Shown here: positions 1 through 11,058 of the stretch, one piece after another
Numbering within the stretch: the stretch's first letter is position 1
Layout: each line of letters opens with the position of its first letter
Assembly (NCBI GenBank): GCA_023819145.1
Contig: JAMWCW010000003.1
Span: forward strand, 78,887-142,886
Direction: 5' to 3'
DNA length: 64,000 nt
From: Candidatus Omnitrophota bacterium
GTDB taxonomy: Bacteria; Omnitrophota; Gorgyraeia; DTHP01
Translations under genes and position numbers: made by a program
Notes under the pieces: model-generated
Seen by the model: only the letters and a program-made list of their open reading frames with translations
What the model was told of the DNA's origin: nothing
Database searches by the model: none

Positions 1-2
1 AT

Positions 3-1055
3 ATGGTCTTAGATGATTTATTGGTGCGTTTGGGAGAGTGGCTTAAAGGAGAAGGTTTAAATTCGGATATTGTGATGTCAAGTCGTGTGCGTCTTGCACG
101 CAATGTGGATAAAATACCATTTACTCATTGGGCAAGCAAGAAAGAAAAAGAAGATATTTTGGAGATAATTAAGAATGTTTTGAAAGAGAGCGAGTTTCTA
201 AAAGACGGCATTTTTCTTTTGCTGAAAGAAATTGATGAAATAGACCGAATTTTTCTTTTAGAAAGGCATCTTGTCTCCCATGAGTTTATTCAAAAACCCA
301 ATTCTAAAGCAGTGGCAGTCAGTACAAATGAAATGGTTAGTGGGATGATTAATGAAGAAGACCATCTCCGCCTTCAAGTGATGCAGTCGGGATTTAATAT
401 TTCTGGTGCGTTTGAGATTGCGCGGAAGTTAGATGAGTTTCTTTCTGAGAAGATAAAATTTGCTTTTTCTTCTGAGTGGGGTTATCTTACCGCCTGCCCG
501 ACTAATGTAGGAACAGGTTTGCGTGCTTCGGTTATGCTGCATCTGCCTGTACTTGTATTCACTAAACAGATAAACAAAGTTCTACAGGCAATTACCCGTC
601 TTGGACTTACCGCGCGAGGTTTTTATGGTGAAGGGACGGAAGCAACAGGTAACTTTTTCCAGATATCTAACCAGGTGACTTTAGGACAGAAAGAAGAGGA
701 TATCGTTGATAATTTAGAGAAGATTATTAAACAGGTTGTGGAATATGAACAAAATGCCCGTCAGATGATTATGACCCAGGAAAAAGAAAGGATTACCGAC
801 CGCATCTGGCGTGCTTACGGAGTACTTAAGAATGCCTATATTATCTCTAGCAACGAAACGATAGAACTTCTCTCTCACGTAAGACTGGGTGTAGATTTGG
901 GGATTATTAAAGATATTACTCGTCGACAATTGAACGAACTTTTTATTTTTATTCAGCCCGCCCATCTTCAGAAACTGGAAGGGAAAAAACTTACTCCTCA
1001 ACAACGCGATGTAAAAAGGGCACAGTTAATTCGTAATAAACTGGGAGTGATTTAG
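3..1055 (+). CDS. mcsB: Protein arginine kinase McsB (ATP:guanido phosphotransferase)
   Basis: N-terminus 'SSRVRLARN' and C-terminal guanido-kinase signature; sits immediately upstream of clpC as in Firmicutes. Confidence 0.8.
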   Translation: MVLDDLLVRLGEWLKGEGLNSDIVMSSRVRLARNVDKIPFTHWASKKEKEDILEIIKNVLKESEFLKDGIFLLLKEIDEIDRIFLLERHLVSHEFIQKPNSKAVAVSTNEMVSGMINEEDHLRLQVMQSGFNISGAFEIARKLDEFLSEKIKFAFSSEWGYLTACPTNVGTGLRASVMLHLPVLVFTKQINKVLQAITRLGLTARGFYGEGTEATGNFFQISNQVTLGQKEEDIVDNLEKIIKQVVEYEQNARQMIMTQEKERITDRIWRAYGVLKNAYIISSNETIELLSHVRLGVDLGIIKDITRRQLNELFIFIQPAHLQKLEGKKLTPQQRDVKRAQLIRNKLGVI

Positions 1056-1087
1056 AAAGTTTTCCCTACCCCCAAAGAGGTTTTTAT

Positions 1088-1116
1088 TTGAAATTAGCTT
1101 TTTTGTGTGTTATTAT
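1088..1116 (+). promoter_or_regulatory. Sigma70-like promoter upstream of clpC: TTGAAA-N17-TATTAT with a TGn extended -10
   Basis: TTGAAA at 1088-1093, 17-nt spacer, TGTTATTAT at 1108-1116; about 35 nt upstream of the clpC ATG, with an AGGAGG RBS at 1137-1142. Confidence 0.45.
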
Positions 1117-1149
1117 ATCTCTATAAAATAAAAAACAGGAGGATAAATT

Positions 1150-3600
1150 ATGTTTAATCGATTTACCGAGAGAGCGAGGAAGGTAGTATTGTTGGCAAAG
1201 GAAGAAGCGCGGCGTTTTAACCACGATTATATTGGTACCGAGCACATCCTTTTGGGGCTAATTCGTGAAGGAGAGGGCGTGGCGGCAGCAGTATTGCAAA
1301 ATTTGGGTTTGAATTTGGAAGGTATTCGGTTAGAGGTGGAGAAGATTGTTCAACCTGGCCCCAGCACCGTGGTTTCTGGAGACATTCCGTTTACACCGAA
1401 GGCAAAAAAGGTTATTGAGTTGGCCATGGAAGAGGCGCGTTCCTTGGGTCATAACTATATCGGAACAGAGCATCTACTTTTAGGTTTGATTCGTGAAGGA
1501 GAAGGGGTGGCAGCCCAGGTATTAGTTAATTTAGGATTAGACCTTACTAAGGTAAGAAGAGCGGTGATGGAACTTTTGGGAGCGGGTAGTTCTGGAAGTT
1601 CAATGTATGGGACTCCCGCTGGGCAGAAGACAAAAACCCCTGCCCTTGATGCTTTTGGCAGAGACCTTACTCAGTTGGCACGGGAGAATAAACTTGATCC
1701 GGTAATTGGAAGGAAAGAAGAGATTGAACGCGTAATGCAGATTTTGAGCCGAAGGACCAAAAATAATCCTGTTCTCTTAGGCGAAGCAGGCGTGGGTAAA
1801 ACTGCAATTGTGGAAGGAGTGGCGCAGAAAATTGTACGGGGAGATTTACCGGAAGTAGTACGCGATAAACGTGTAATTACCTTAGACTTAGCCCTTATGG
1901 TAGCAGGGACAAAATACCGTGGACAATTTGAAGAGCGGATTAAAGCGGTGATGGATGAAATAAAACGCTCCGAAAATGTTATTCTTTTTATAGATGAATT
2001 GCACACCTTGGTAGGGGCGGGCGGTGCGGAGGGAGCAATTGATGCTTCCAATATTTTAAAACCTGCTTTAGCAAGGGGAGAATTACAGTGTATTGGTGCT
2101 ACGACCTTAGATGAATATCGTAAATACATCGAGAAAGATGCAGCCTTAGAACGTCGGTTTCAAACAATTATGGTAGACCCGCCTACGGTTGAAGAGACTA
2201 TAGAAATCCTCAAAGGATTGCGTGACAAATATGAGGCTCACCATCGGGTAAAGATTACTGATGAAGCAATTGTTGCCTCGTCCCGTCTATCCGACCGCTA
2301 TATCTCAGGAAGATTTCTTCCCGATAAGGCAATTGACTTAATTGACGAGGCTGGTTCGCGTGCAAGACTTTCGGTACTTACCCCCCCGTCTGAAATGAAA
2401 GAGTTAGAACAAAGGATAGAACAGCTTACTAAGGAAAAGGAGGCGGCAATAAAAGGGCAAGATTTTGAAAAGGCAGCCCATGTACGGGACCAAGAGAGGC
2501 TTGCGCGTCAAGAACTTGAACAACTCAAACGGGAATGGGAAAAAAAGAAAAACGAAATTCAACCTCAGGTTACAGAAGAAGATATTGCTCAGATTGTTTC
2601 CAAATGGACAGGGATTCCTTTGATTAGATTAGAGCAGAAAGAATCAGAGAAACTTCTCCATGTAGAAGAGGAGATTCATCGGCGAGTAATTGGACAGGAA
2701 GAAGCAATTTCTGCCATTGCTCGCGCAGTCCGTCGTTCTCGCGCAGGGCTTAAAGACCTGCGTCGACCCATTGGTTCCTTCATCTTTCTTGGCCCTACAG
2801 GCGTGGGAAAGACTCTTTTGGGTAAGGCTTTGGCAGAGTTTATGTTTGGTGATGAAGATGCTTTGGTTCAATTGGATATGTCGGAATATATGGAAAAATT
2901 TAATGTTTCACGTCTCGTAGGTGCTCCTCCGGGCTATGTGGGATATGAGGAGGGAGGTCAGCTTACCGAGAAAATAAGGAGAAGACCATATTCAGTTATA
3001 CTTCTTGATGAGATAGAAAAGGCGCATCCTGATGTTTTTAATATTCTCCTTCAGGTATTAGATGAAGGGCGTCTTACAGACAGTTTTGGTAGAAGAGTTG
3101 ATTTCAGAAATACTATCCTTATTATGACTTCGAATATTGGTGCTGAATTTTGGAAGAAGCAGGCTAATCTGGGATTCCGCAGTGAAAAAGAGGAAATAAA
3201 TTACGATACGATAAAGATGAGGCTTTTGGATGAAGTTAAAAGAACATTTAAGCCCGAGTTTATCAATCGTATAGACGATATTATTGTTTTTCGTCCCCTT
3301 ACGCGAGAAGATTTACAGAAGATTGTGGAATTGGAGATTAGTGAGGTTCGCAGAAGGCTGGGAGAACAAGGTTATTTTATAGAATTGACTCCAGAGGCAA
3401 AAGAATTTCTGATTGATAAAGGTTTCGACCCGGTTTTAGGTGCTCGCCCCTTAAGGAGGACAATTCAGCGGTATGTTGAAGACCCTCTTGCTGAAGAAAT
3501 AATTGCCGGTAAATTTAAAGTAGGAGATACGATAAGAATTGTATCCCATGAGCAGAGACTTGAATTTGAGACTGCGAAAGAAAAACAAGTTTTGAGTTAG
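1150..3600 (+). CDS. clpC: ATP-dependent Clp protease ATP-binding subunit ClpC
   Basis: Tandem Clp-N repeats (GTEHILLGL twice), two AAA+ Walker A motifs ([16 protein letters not shown]) and a UVR-like middle domain; 816 aa. Confidence 0.9.
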   Translation: MFNRFTERARKVVLLAKEEARRFNHDYIGTEHILLGLIREGEGVAAAVLQNLGLNLEGIRLEVEKIVQPGPSTVVSGDIPFTPKAKKVIELAMEEARSLGHNYIGTEHLLLGLIREGEGVAAQVLVNLGLDLTKVRRAVMELLGAGSSGSSMYGTPAGQKTKTPALDAFGRDLTQLARENKLDPVIGRKEEIERVMQILSRRTKNNPVLLGEAGVGKTAIVEGVAQKIVRGDLPEVVRDKRVITLDLALMVAGTKYRGQFEERIKAVMDEIKRSENVILFIDELHTLVGAGGAEGAIDASNILKPALARGELQCIGATTLDEYRKYIEKDAALERRFQTIMVDPPTVEETIEILKGLRDKYEAHHRVKITDEAIVASSRLSDRYISGRFLPDKAIDLIDEAGSRARLSVLTPPSEMKELEQRIEQLTKEKEAAIKGQDFEKAAHVRDQERLARQELEQLKREWEKKKNEIQPQVTEEDIAQIVSKWTGIPLIRLEQKESEKLLHVEEEIHRRVIGQEEAISAIARAVRRSRAGLKDLRRPIGSFIFLGPTGVGKTLLGKALAEFMFGDEDALVQLDMSEYMEKFNVSRLVGAPPGYVGYEEGGQLTEKIRRRPYSVILLDEIEKAHPDVFNILLQVLDEGRLTDSFGRRVDFRNTILIMTSNIGAEFWKKQANLGFRSEKEEINYDTIKMRLLDEVKRTFKPEFINRIDDIIVFRPLTREDLQKIVELEISEVRRRLGEQGYFIELTPEAKEFLIDKGFDPVLGARPLRRTIQRYVEDPLAEEIIAGKFKVGDTIRIVSHEQRLEFETAKEKQVLS

Positions 3601-3633
3601 TTTTTACATTGAAGGGCTAGATTATTTATTATA

Positions 3634-5250
3634 ATGCGCAGTCGCATACAGAGAAAAAAGAATATTTTTTTAATATTTTTTTTACTAATCATTGGATTAT
3701 CTTTGTTTATTTATGCAGAGCGTGGGCAATTATTGAACGAAATTAAAGCCTCGATCGAGAAAGAACTCAGTAGACAATTATCCGTTTCTTTAAAAATAGG
3801 AGATTTCAAACATTGGTGGGCGAGGAATTTAAATTTCGGTGACGTTCAGATAACAGATAGCAAAGACTCGTTTTTTATATCCGCCAAAGATGTTTATTTC
3901 AATTTTTCTCTGTGGGATATTTTTTTAAGAAGGAAAAGTGAATCAAAAGATATAGGTTTTTTTGTTAAAGATGCAGCTTTTTTTGTAAAAGGAATAAAGA
4001 TACCTCTCCGCATTATTTCACTAAGCGCAGTTTTGAGTAGTGGGTATTTAGAGATTAAGGAATCGAAAGGAATTCTGGCAGAATTTTTCCCTTTTGAATT
4101 GAAGGCAATTCTGGGTAGCTTTGCCCAAAGAAATCCCAAGATAGACTTAAAGTGCCATTTTGAAAGGGATCCTTCCAGTAGATTTCTTTCTTCTTTTATC
4201 CCAACGTTTATTTATATGAGTGGAGATAGTGAAAAGATTCTTATAGAAGGGTTTAATGACTTAGAAAAACCGGTCTTTCATCTTAGCGGAGAATTTCTTC
4301 CCTTGGTCGGCAGATTTAGTTTGATATTTGAAAAATATCAAGACAATAAAAATTTTCCTCTGCGGATTGAGGGCGATTTTAAAGAAAAAAAGAAATCCAT
4401 AAAAATAATTTTTAATCACTTTCCCTTAATGGATAATAATGAATTGATTTCCAATATTTTTATTGAGGGTGAATATGATTCTCAAGAGAAAATCTTGGAA
4501 GGAAAAGTTTATAGTTCAGGGACACTTTTCAATTTTTTGCCTTTACCCGAATTTGAAGGAAGTTACAGATTAAAGGATGGCATGTTAAATATAGATAGTT
4601 TTAAATGGGCAGATTCTTTATGGCTTGAGGGGGATATAAGATTTTTGGATTTTGTTTCGGGAAACCTCCGCGTTTTGCTCAGGAATCTTAACCTTCTTTA
4701 TTTTGCTTATTTCTATTATCCTAACTGGAATGCCTGGGGAGGAATTTCTGGGGGGATTGATTTGCAAATAAGGGAAGGCAATGTATTTACTAAAGGAAGT
4801 TTTGATTTTACAGAAGGGGAATTTGGGCCATTTAAATTTAAAGGAGGGAAAATTAAATTTGAGGGTGAGAATAGCGTTTTCAGATTAACCGATACGCGGA
4901 TTTATCAAGAAAAAGGATATTTTGACCTTGGTGGCGAGATAGATTTGAAGAAATTAGGGAAATACGATTTTGTAAGAAATATTGTACTCATACCCTATCA
5001 GGAAGGGATGGAATGGCAAGGTTGGCGTGTTTCACAAAAGGACTATACTGATTCCATTATTGCAGACAAAGGTATAGATGAAAAATTTAGCATCCAGTTT
5101 CGTTCTTATATGAAAGATAATCAGGGGATAACAAAGGAAAAAAGCGATGAATTTGGTTTAGAATATAAACTTAAGGAAGATAGAAGTTTGAAACTGCGGT
5201 TAAAAGAAAATGAGGAGATTTTTGGCTTTGAGCGAAAAGTTAGATTCTAA
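3634..5250 (+). CDS. Hypothetical membrane-anchored protein (possibly AsmA/TamB-like envelope protein)
   Basis: Single N-terminal TM helix and a long beta-rich soluble region; adjacent to mlaEFD. Family assignment is tentative. Confidence 0.35.
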   Translation: MRSRIQRKKNIFLIFFLLIIGLSLFIYAERGQLLNEIKASIEKELSRQLSVSLKIGDFKHWWARNLNFGDVQITDSKDSFFISAKDVYFNFSLWDIFLRRKSESKDIGFFVKDAAFFVKGIKIPLRIISLSAVLSSGYLEIKESKGILAEFFPFELKAILGSFAQRNPKIDLKCHFERDPSSRFLSSFIPTFIYMSGDSEKILIEGFNDLEKPVFHLSGEFLPLVGRFSLIFEKYQDNKNFPLRIEGDFKEKKKSIKIIFNHFPLMDNNELISNIFIEGEYDSQEKILEGKVYSSGTLFNFLPLPEFEGSYRLKDGMLNIDSFKWADSLWLEGDIRFLDFVSGNLRVLLRNLNLLYFAYFYYPNWNAWGGISGGIDLQIREGNVFTKGSFDFTEGEFGPFKFKGGKIKFEGENSVFRLTDTRIYQEKGYFDLGGEIDLKKLGKYDFVRNIVLIPYQEGMEWQGWRVSQKDYTDSIIADKGIDEKFSIQFRSYMKDNQGITKEKSDEFGLEYKLKEDRSLKLRLKENEEIFGFERKVRF

Positions 5251-5265
5251 AGATAAAAGATAAAA

Positions 5266-6039
5266 ATGCTTAGATATCTAGGGGAAAAATTTCTTTCTCT
5301 GACAAGTTACTTAGGGAGCATCGGGGTTTTGTGCACCCAGACATTGCTTTTATCTTTCGTCCCCCCATTCCGGCGCAAGAGTGTGTTTGAGCAGATGGCT
5401 AAAATAGGAGTGGAGAGTTTATCTCTTGTCTCTCTTACTTCTCTCTTTACGGGTATGGTTCTTGCTTTGCAAAGTGCTTACCAGATGCAGAAACTGGGAG
5501 CAGAGGTTTATATTTCCTCGCTGGTAGCGCTTTCGATTACTCGGGAGTTGGGTCCGGTTTTAACTGCTCTGGTGGTTGCCGGGAGAATGGGGGCAGCAAT
5601 TACTGCTGAACTGGGGACAATGAAGGTAACCGAACAGATTGACGCCCTGGAAACTTTGGCTACCAACCCTATTAAATATCTTGTAGTTCCGCGGTTCCTT
5701 GCACTTATCACCATGTTGCCTCTTCTTACTGTTTACGCAGATTTTATTGGCATGCTGGGAGGTTTTATGATTGGAGTGGGTAAATTAGGGATTGGGCAAA
5801 ATTTATATATAAGAATGACTTTTAATACCTTGACCTTTAAAGATGTTTTTACAGGACTAATAAAGGCTTTTTTCTTTGCAGTTATTATTGCTATTATTTC
5901 CTGTAGAGAGGGTATGGATACCGAGGGAGGGGCGGAGGGAGTAGGACGTGCTACTACGCGTGCGGTAGTTTTTTCTTTTATTTTGATTATTGCTGCTGAC
6001 TGTTTGTTTACCGCTTTATTCTATTTTATGTACCGATGA
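5266..6039 (+). CDS. mlaE: Phospholipid ABC transporter permease MlaE
   Basis: 257-aa polytopic permease with MlaE/YrbE-like conserved core; followed by ATPase and MCE genes. Confidence 0.75.
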   Translation: MLRYLGEKFLSLTSYLGSIGVLCTQTLLLSFVPPFRRKSVFEQMAKIGVESLSLVSLTSLFTGMVLALQSAYQMQKLGAEVYISSLVALSITRELGPVLTALVVAGRMGAAITAELGTMKVTEQIDALETLATNPIKYLVVPRFLALITMLPLLTVYADFIGMLGGFMIGVGKLGIGQNLYIRMTFNTLTFKDVFTGLIKAFFFAVIIAIISCREGMDTEGGAEGVGRATTRAVVFSFILIIAADCLFTALFYFMYR

Positions 6040-6052
6040 TTCTATAACCTAG

Positions 6053-6814
6053 ATGATAGAAATAATTAACTTGTGTAAATCTTTTGATGGCAAGGTAATT
6101 TTAGATAACCTCAATTTACGCATAAAAACGGGGGAGACTATTGTAATTATTGGCCGTAGCGGATGTGGTAAATCTGTTTTACTTAAGTTAATCATTGGTC
6201 TTTTAAAACCTGATAAAGGAGAGATAATTATTGATGGCGATGACATTACCCGTCTTAGAGGTAAGGAATTGGATAGAAGGCGTATGAAGTTTGGAATGCT
6301 TTTTCAGAGCGCCGCTCTCTTTGATTCCCTAACTGTAAGAGAAAACGTAGGGTTCTTTCTTTACGAACACGGATATGCTGATAAGGATAAGATAGAAGAG
6401 AGAATAAGAGAATGTCTTAGGCTCGTTGGGCTTCCGGGAACGGAGGAGCTTTATCCAGCACAGTTAAGCGGAGGTATGAAGAAAAGAGTTGCTTTAGCCA
6501 GGGCGATATGTATGCATCCGGAGATAATTCTTTATGATGAGCCTACCACAGGTTTAGACCCCATTACTGCCGATGCAATAAATTCTCTTATTGTTGACCT
6601 TCACGATAAGTTAAGAGTAACGGCGGTTGCAGTAACTCACGATATGAAGAGTGCGTTTAGAATTGGGGATAGAATTGCCATGCTTTATAAAGGTAAAATT
6701 ATTACCACAGGCACTCCTGAAGAGATCAATAATACAGAGGATCCTTTGGTAAAGCAATTTATTTTGGGAGAGGCAAAGGGAGTGATGGAAATAGAGGAGG
6801 AAGGGGGGATATAA
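6053..6814 (+). CDS. mlaF: ABC transporter ATP-binding protein MlaF
   Basis: Walker A GRSGCGKS, ABC signature LSGGMKKRVALARA, Walker B ILYDEPTTGLD. Confidence 0.8.
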   Translation: MIEIINLCKSFDGKVILDNLNLRIKTGETIVIIGRSGCGKSVLLKLIIGLLKPDKGEIIIDGDDITRLRGKELDRRRMKFGMLFQSAALFDSLTVRENVGFFLYEHGYADKDKIEERIRECLRLVGLPGTEELYPAQLSGGMKKRVALARAICMHPEIILYDEPTTGLDPITADAINSLIVDLHDKLRVTAVAVTHDMKSAFRIGDRIAMLYKGKIITTGTPEEINNTEDPLVKQFILGEAKGVMEIEEEGGI

Positions 6815-6815
6815 G

Positions 6816-7547
6816 TTGAAGAGGAAGATGTTTGAGTTAAAGGTGGGGATATTTGTTTTAATCGGGTTAATAATTTTGACAATTATTGTACTTTCGATAA
6901 GTGATTTTAAGGCGGCAGTAGGAGGATATTATTTAAAGGTAATTTTTAATTTTGCCAATGGGATTGATATAGGAGCACCTGTGAGGTTAGCGGGAGTTAA
7001 GATTGGAGAGGTAAAAGATTTACAAATTGTTTATGCTCCGGATAATGAATTACCACATGTGGAGTTACTTACTTGGATAGATAAAAAGTTTGTTATTTAT
7101 GATGATTCCACTCCTTATATAAACACCCTCGGCCTTTTGGGAGAAAAATATTTAGAGATTATTCCCGGCGTAAATAAAGAAGGTATTTTAAAACCAGGGG
7201 ATGTTATTTATGGGAAAGATTCGGTTTCCATGGGGCAGATTGCGGAACTGGGTTATAGAATTGCTTCCAAGTTAGAAGATTCTATAAACTCGGTAAACAC
7301 TATTTTGAATGATTCTGAGTTTAAGGTTGCTTTTAAAGAGGTAATTTTAAAAGCACAGAGATTAACTGAAGATTTGGATAAATTGAGTCTCTCCTTACAG
7401 GAGATAGTTGATAAAATTAATCAGGGACGGGGAACGGTGGGAAAATTAATTAGTGAAGAAGGTTTGTACAACGAGATTGAAGGCTTTGTGAAGGATTTGA
7501 AACAACACCCCTGGAAATTGCTTTATCGACCAAAAGTAAGGAAGTAG
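6816..7547 (+). CDS. mlaD: MCE-domain protein MlaD
   Basis: N-terminal TM helix plus MCE domain (VRLAGVKIGEV); start overlaps the mlaF stop. Confidence 0.7.
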   Translation: MKRKMFELKVGIFVLIGLIILTIIVLSISDFKAAVGGYYLKVIFNFANGIDIGAPVRLAGVKIGEVKDLQIVYAPDNELPHVELLTWIDKKFVIYDDSTPYINTLGLLGEKYLEIIPGVNKEGILKPGDVIYGKDSVSMGQIAELGYRIASKLEDSINSVNTILNDSEFKVAFKEVILKAQRLTEDLDKLSLSLQEIVDKINQGRGTVGKLISEEGLYNEIEGFVKDLKQHPWKLLYRPKVRK

Positions 7548-7560
7548 AAGTAAAGGACCT

Positions 7561-8916
7561 ATGGCTAAGAATAAAACTATATTCACCTGTCAGAATTGCG
7601 GATATCGTTCTTTACGCTGGTTGGGGAGATGTCCTGATTGTGAAGAGTGGAATTCTTTTGTAGAAGAAGCAGTTGATTCCTTTGTTTCAGAAGAGCGAGA
7701 AAAATCAGAACTACCCCGTCTTCTCGCAGAGATTAATATTCAGGAAGAAGAAAGAGTTTCTACTGGAATAGAAGAATTTGATCGGCTTTTGGGAGGAGGG
7801 ATTGTTCGGGGTTCAGTAATTCTGGTAGGGGGAAATCCCGGGGTGGGTAAATCTACTATCCTTCTTCAAGTTTCCCATAGTTTGAGCATGAGGGGAAATA
7901 CAGTTTTTTATGTTAGTGGGGAAGAGTCCTTGAACCAGACAAAGATACGTGCAGAGAGGTTGGGTTTAGTGGGAGATAAACTTTTTATAGTTAATGAGAA
8001 TGATGTAGATTTTATAATTGAGGATATTAAAAAAATAAATCCTGGGGTTGTAATTATTGACTCAATACAGATACTCTATAAAAAGGAATTCTCGTCCAGC
8101 ACGGGCACAGTGACTCAAGTACGTGAATGTGCTCAACTACTCACCTCATTAGCTAAAGAGAAGGGAATTTCGATGTTTCTGATTGGGCATGTAACCAAGG
8201 AAGGAGTTTTGGCTGGGCCTAAGGTCTTGGAACATCTGGTGGACACAGTTTTATATTTCGAAGGTGAGGATTTCAGTCAAAGGAGAATATTACGGGCGGT
8301 AAAGAATCGGTTTGGTTCGACTAATGAGATAGCAATCTTTGAAATGTCTGCTAAAGGTTTGATGGAGGTGAGGAATCCTTCAGAGATGTTTTTAGGTGAA
8401 CGTGGAGAAAATATTCCTGGCTCTTTAATCGTTCCTGTTATGGAAGGATTGCGCCCATTATTGGTAGAAATACAGGCATTGGTGGTTTCTTCTCTTCCCG
8501 GGATTGCTCGTAGGCGCTGTATTGGTTTAGATTTTAATCGTATACCATTACTGATTGCAGTAATGGAGAAAAGGTTGGGTTTACATCTTGGTGGTCAAGA
8601 TATTTTTGTCAATGTGGTAGGAGGAATAAAAGTAATGGAACCAGCAGTAGATTTAGGGGTGATTTTGGGGATTGTTTCCAGTTTCCGTAATTTAGCGGTT
8701 TCTAAGGACACAGTGGTTTTGGGAGAAGTGGGGTTAGGTGGAGAGGTGAGGTCGGTAAGTTTTGCGGAACTGCGGATTCAGGAGGCACAGAAACTGGGTT
8801 TTAAGAAGGCGATTTTACCTAAAGGTAACCTTTCTTCCATAAAAGATCTTAAAAAAGATTTTGAGATTAGAGGAGTGAAAAATATTGAAGAAGCAGTAGA
8901 CTTGGTTTTAGGATAA
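7561..8916 (+). CDS. radA: DNA repair protein RadA/Sms
   Basis: N-terminal C4 zinc finger (CQNCGY...CPDCEEW), RecA-like Walker [11 protein letters not shown], Lon-like C-terminal domain. Confidence 0.9.
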   Translation: MAKNKTIFTCQNCGYRSLRWLGRCPDCEEWNSFVEEAVDSFVSEEREKSELPRLLAEINIQEEERVSTGIEEFDRLLGGGIVRGSVILVGGNPGVGKSTILLQVSHSLSMRGNTVFYVSGEESLNQTKIRAERLGLVGDKLFIVNENDVDFIIEDIKKINPGVVIIDSIQILYKKEFSSSTGTVTQVRECAQLLTSLAKEKGISMFLIGHVTKEGVLAGPKVLEHLVDTVLYFEGEDFSQRRILRAVKNRFGSTNEIAIFEMSAKGLMEVRNPSEMFLGERGENIPGSLIVPVMEGLRPLLVEIQALVVSSLPGIARRRCIGLDFNRIPLLIAVMEKRLGLHLGGQDIFVNVVGGIKVMEPAVDLGVILGIVSSFRNLAVSKDTVVLGEVGLGGEVRSVSFAELRIQEAQKLGFKKAILPKGNLSSIKDLKKDFEIRGVKNIEEAVDLVLG

Positions 8917-8939
8917 ATTTATTTAAATGGAGGAATAAA

Positions 8940-9926
8940 ATGGCTATTGTTTTTTTGAGATTTTTTTTTATTATTTGCTCTTCTTTTACAGGGTATTATC
9001 TTGGCAAATGGGGATGGTTTAGTCAGCCTTTATTTGGGTTTTTTGTTGGGCTTTTAATCTCTACTTTGGTTGTAGTACTAGAGATATTTATGCGCAGGGT
9101 CTCTCTACGTGATTTTTTTGCCATAATCTTCGGCCTTATTCTGGGGTTGGTTACTGCAAAACTTTTGGTTTGGATATTAGAACTTTTTCCTCTTGAACCA
9201 AAAATTCTCTCTTCTTTACGCCTTATCTTTACTTTCGTTTTTTCTTACTTGGGGATAGTGATTGCTTTGAAAGGTAAAGAGGAGTTTAGTCTTTTGATTC
9301 CTTATGTGAAACTTTCTCCTCAGAGTCGGAAAGAGGAGATTATAATTCTTGATACCAGTGTAATTATTGATGGAAGAATTGCCGATATTTTTCAGACCCG
9401 CTTTATAGAAGGCAAAGTGGTCATTCCCCGTTTTGTGTTAAAGGAACTTCAGCAAATTGCTGATTCTCAAGACCATCTGCGCAGGACGCGGGGAAGAAGG
9501 GGTTTGGATATTCTTAATCGGATAAAAAAAATTCCGCGTATCGAAGTAAGGATTCATGAGGAAGATTATCTGGATATTCCCGAAGTAGATGCCAAATTGG
9601 TTAAATTGGCAAAGAGTATTGAGGCAAGAATTCTTACAAACGATTATAATCTGAATAAAATTGCCGAACTTCAAGGAGTGACAGTTCTAAATATAAACGA
9701 CCTTGCCAACGCTTTAAAACCGGTGGTTCTTCCTGGGGAAACGATGGTTGTGAAATTGGTAAAGGAAGGCAAGGAGCATAATCAGGCAGTAGCTTATCTC
9801 GACGATGGAACGATGATTGTGGTAGAAGAAGCTCGCCATCTTTTGGGTAAAACGGTGGACATCACAGTTACTTCTGTTCTCCAAACTTCTGCAGGAAGAA
9901 TGATATTTGGTAAAGTGGGTAGATAA
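8940..9926 (+). CDS. PIN/TRAM-domain membrane protein (YacL-like)
   Basis: N-terminal TM helices, PIN domain ([13 protein letters not shown]), C-terminal TRAM-like domain; occupies the radA-downstream position as in Bacillus. Confidence 0.7.
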   Translation: MAIVFLRFFFIICSSFTGYYLGKWGWFSQPLFGFFVGLLISTLVVVLEIFMRRVSLRDFFAIIFGLILGLVTAKLLVWILELFPLEPKILSSLRLIFTFVFSYLGIVIALKGKEEFSLLIPYVKLSPQSRKEEIIILDTSVIIDGRIADIFQTRFIEGKVVIPRFVLKELQQIADSQDHLRRTRGRRGLDILNRIKKIPRIEVRIHEEDYLDIPEVDAKLVKLAKSIEARILTNDYNLNKIAELQGVTVLNINDLANALKPVVLPGETMVVKLVKEGKEHNQAVAYLDDGTMIVVEEARHLLGKTVDITVTSVLQTSAGRMIFGKVGR

Positions 9927-9932
9927 CAATTT

Positions 9933-10256
9933 ATGCTAACCAGAAGACAGCGCAGCTTTCTCCGTTTCTGGATTAGCACAATAATAATTAGCAAAGGGAT
10001 ATTGTTTTTATTGAATAGGTATCTTATTCTTCTCTACGCTATAATTTTTTTTCTTTTCTTTTTAGGTTTTTCCCTGCGAATTCTTAATCTTTATCCTGGG
10101 GAAAAAACCATTAATTTTAGATGGTCTGGCGGTTTTGATAGGGATACTTTTTGTTTTTCTTGCCGGAGTTTTCGCTTCTACAAAGTTAAGATTTCTTTTG
10201 ATTACTCTTTCCTTTCTTATAGTTCTTCCGCATCTGGCTTATATCGTCAAGAATAA
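9933..10256 (+). CDS. Small hypothetical hydrophobic protein (possibly spurious)
   Basis: 107-aa ORF, low complexity, no recognisable motifs. Confidence 0.15.
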   Translation: MLTRRQRSFLRFWISTIIISKGILFLLNRYLILLYAIIFFLFFLGFSLRILNLYPGEKTINFRWSGGFDRDTFCFSCRSFRFYKVKISFDYSFLSYSSSASGLYRQE

Positions 10257-10277
10257 AGATATCTAAATAAAGTTTAT

Positions 10278-11033
10278 TTGTTGAATATCTTCCTTCCTTG
10301 TGCTAAAATTTTCTCTAAAATGAGAATTTCTGCTATTATCCCTTCAGCAGGAAGAGGTAAGCGCTTGAGGGAAAATAAAGATAAAGTTTTTGTTACCCTG
10401 GATAACAAACCCATTATTTATTATACACTTAAGAGTTTAGAAGAAATAGAAGAGATAGGAGAAATTATTTTGGTGGTCAGTGGGCGGTCGTTCATGTATG
10501 CAAAGGATGAATTTCTAAAAAAAATTAGATTTACAAAGGTTAAAAAGGTTGTAAAAGGAGGACCTACACGCACCGATTCTGTATGGAATGGACTTAAAGA
10601 AATAGACAAAACAGCAGATTTAATTTTAGTCCATGATGGGGCAAGGCCTTTTATTAATAAGATTTTACTTAAAAAGGTAATAGAGGCAGGAGCAAGGTTT
10701 GGAGCGGCGGTATTAGGAGTTCCCATTAACGCGACGATAAAAAAGGTTAAAAGCGGTTCAGTCGTAGAGACAGTTTCTCGGGAATATATTTGGGAAACTC
10801 AGACACCGCAGGTGTTTAGAAAAGATTTGATTGTATCTTGTTATCAACAGGCAATTAATGAGGGATTTAAGCCTACTGATGATGCTCAAGTTTTAGAACA
10901 TTATGGGAAAAAGGTTAAGATAGTGGAAGGCAGCATTTTAAATATAAAGATTACTACCCCCGAGGATTTATTTCTGGCAAAGGCAATTTTAAAATATCAA
11001 GTAGCAAAGAAAACGTTTAAGTCAATTCGTTAA
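10278..11033 (+). CDS. ispD: 2-C-methyl-D-erythritol 4-phosphate cytidylyltransferase IspD
   Basis: AIIPSAGRGKR motif; the real start is probably the internal M at about 10320 (MRISAIIPSAG). Confidence 0.85.
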   Translation: MLNIFLPCAKIFSKMRISAIIPSAGRGKRLRENKDKVFVTLDNKPIIYYTLKSLEEIEEIGEIILVVSGRSFMYAKDEFLKKIRFTKVKKVVKGGPTRTDSVWNGLKEIDKTADLILVHDGARPFINKILLKKVIEAGARFGAAVLGVPINATIKKVKSGSVVETVSREYIWETQTPQVFRKDLIVSCYQQAINEGFKPTDDAQVLEHYGKKVKIVEGSILNIKITTPEDLFLAKAILKYQVAKKTFKSIR

Positions 11034-11058
11034 GTTTGTTATGTTCTTTTGAATCACT

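Noticed and set aside
714-1004. Minus-strand ORFs overlapping mcsB, clpC and many other long plus-strand genes (e.g. 714-1004, 1671-2129, 2644-2871, 5508-5714, 10421-10726, 36588-36938, 37304-37920, 50094-50579, 61123-61440)
   Set aside because: All lie antisense within well-supported genes and have low-complexity translations with no motifs. They are typical shadow ORFs of an AT-rich genome.
9933-10256. 107-aa ORF downstream of yacL as a real gene
   Set aside because: Extremely low-complexity hydrophobic translation in the yacL-ispD spacer with no RBS-like sequence; likely non-coding. Retained only as a very low-confidence feature.
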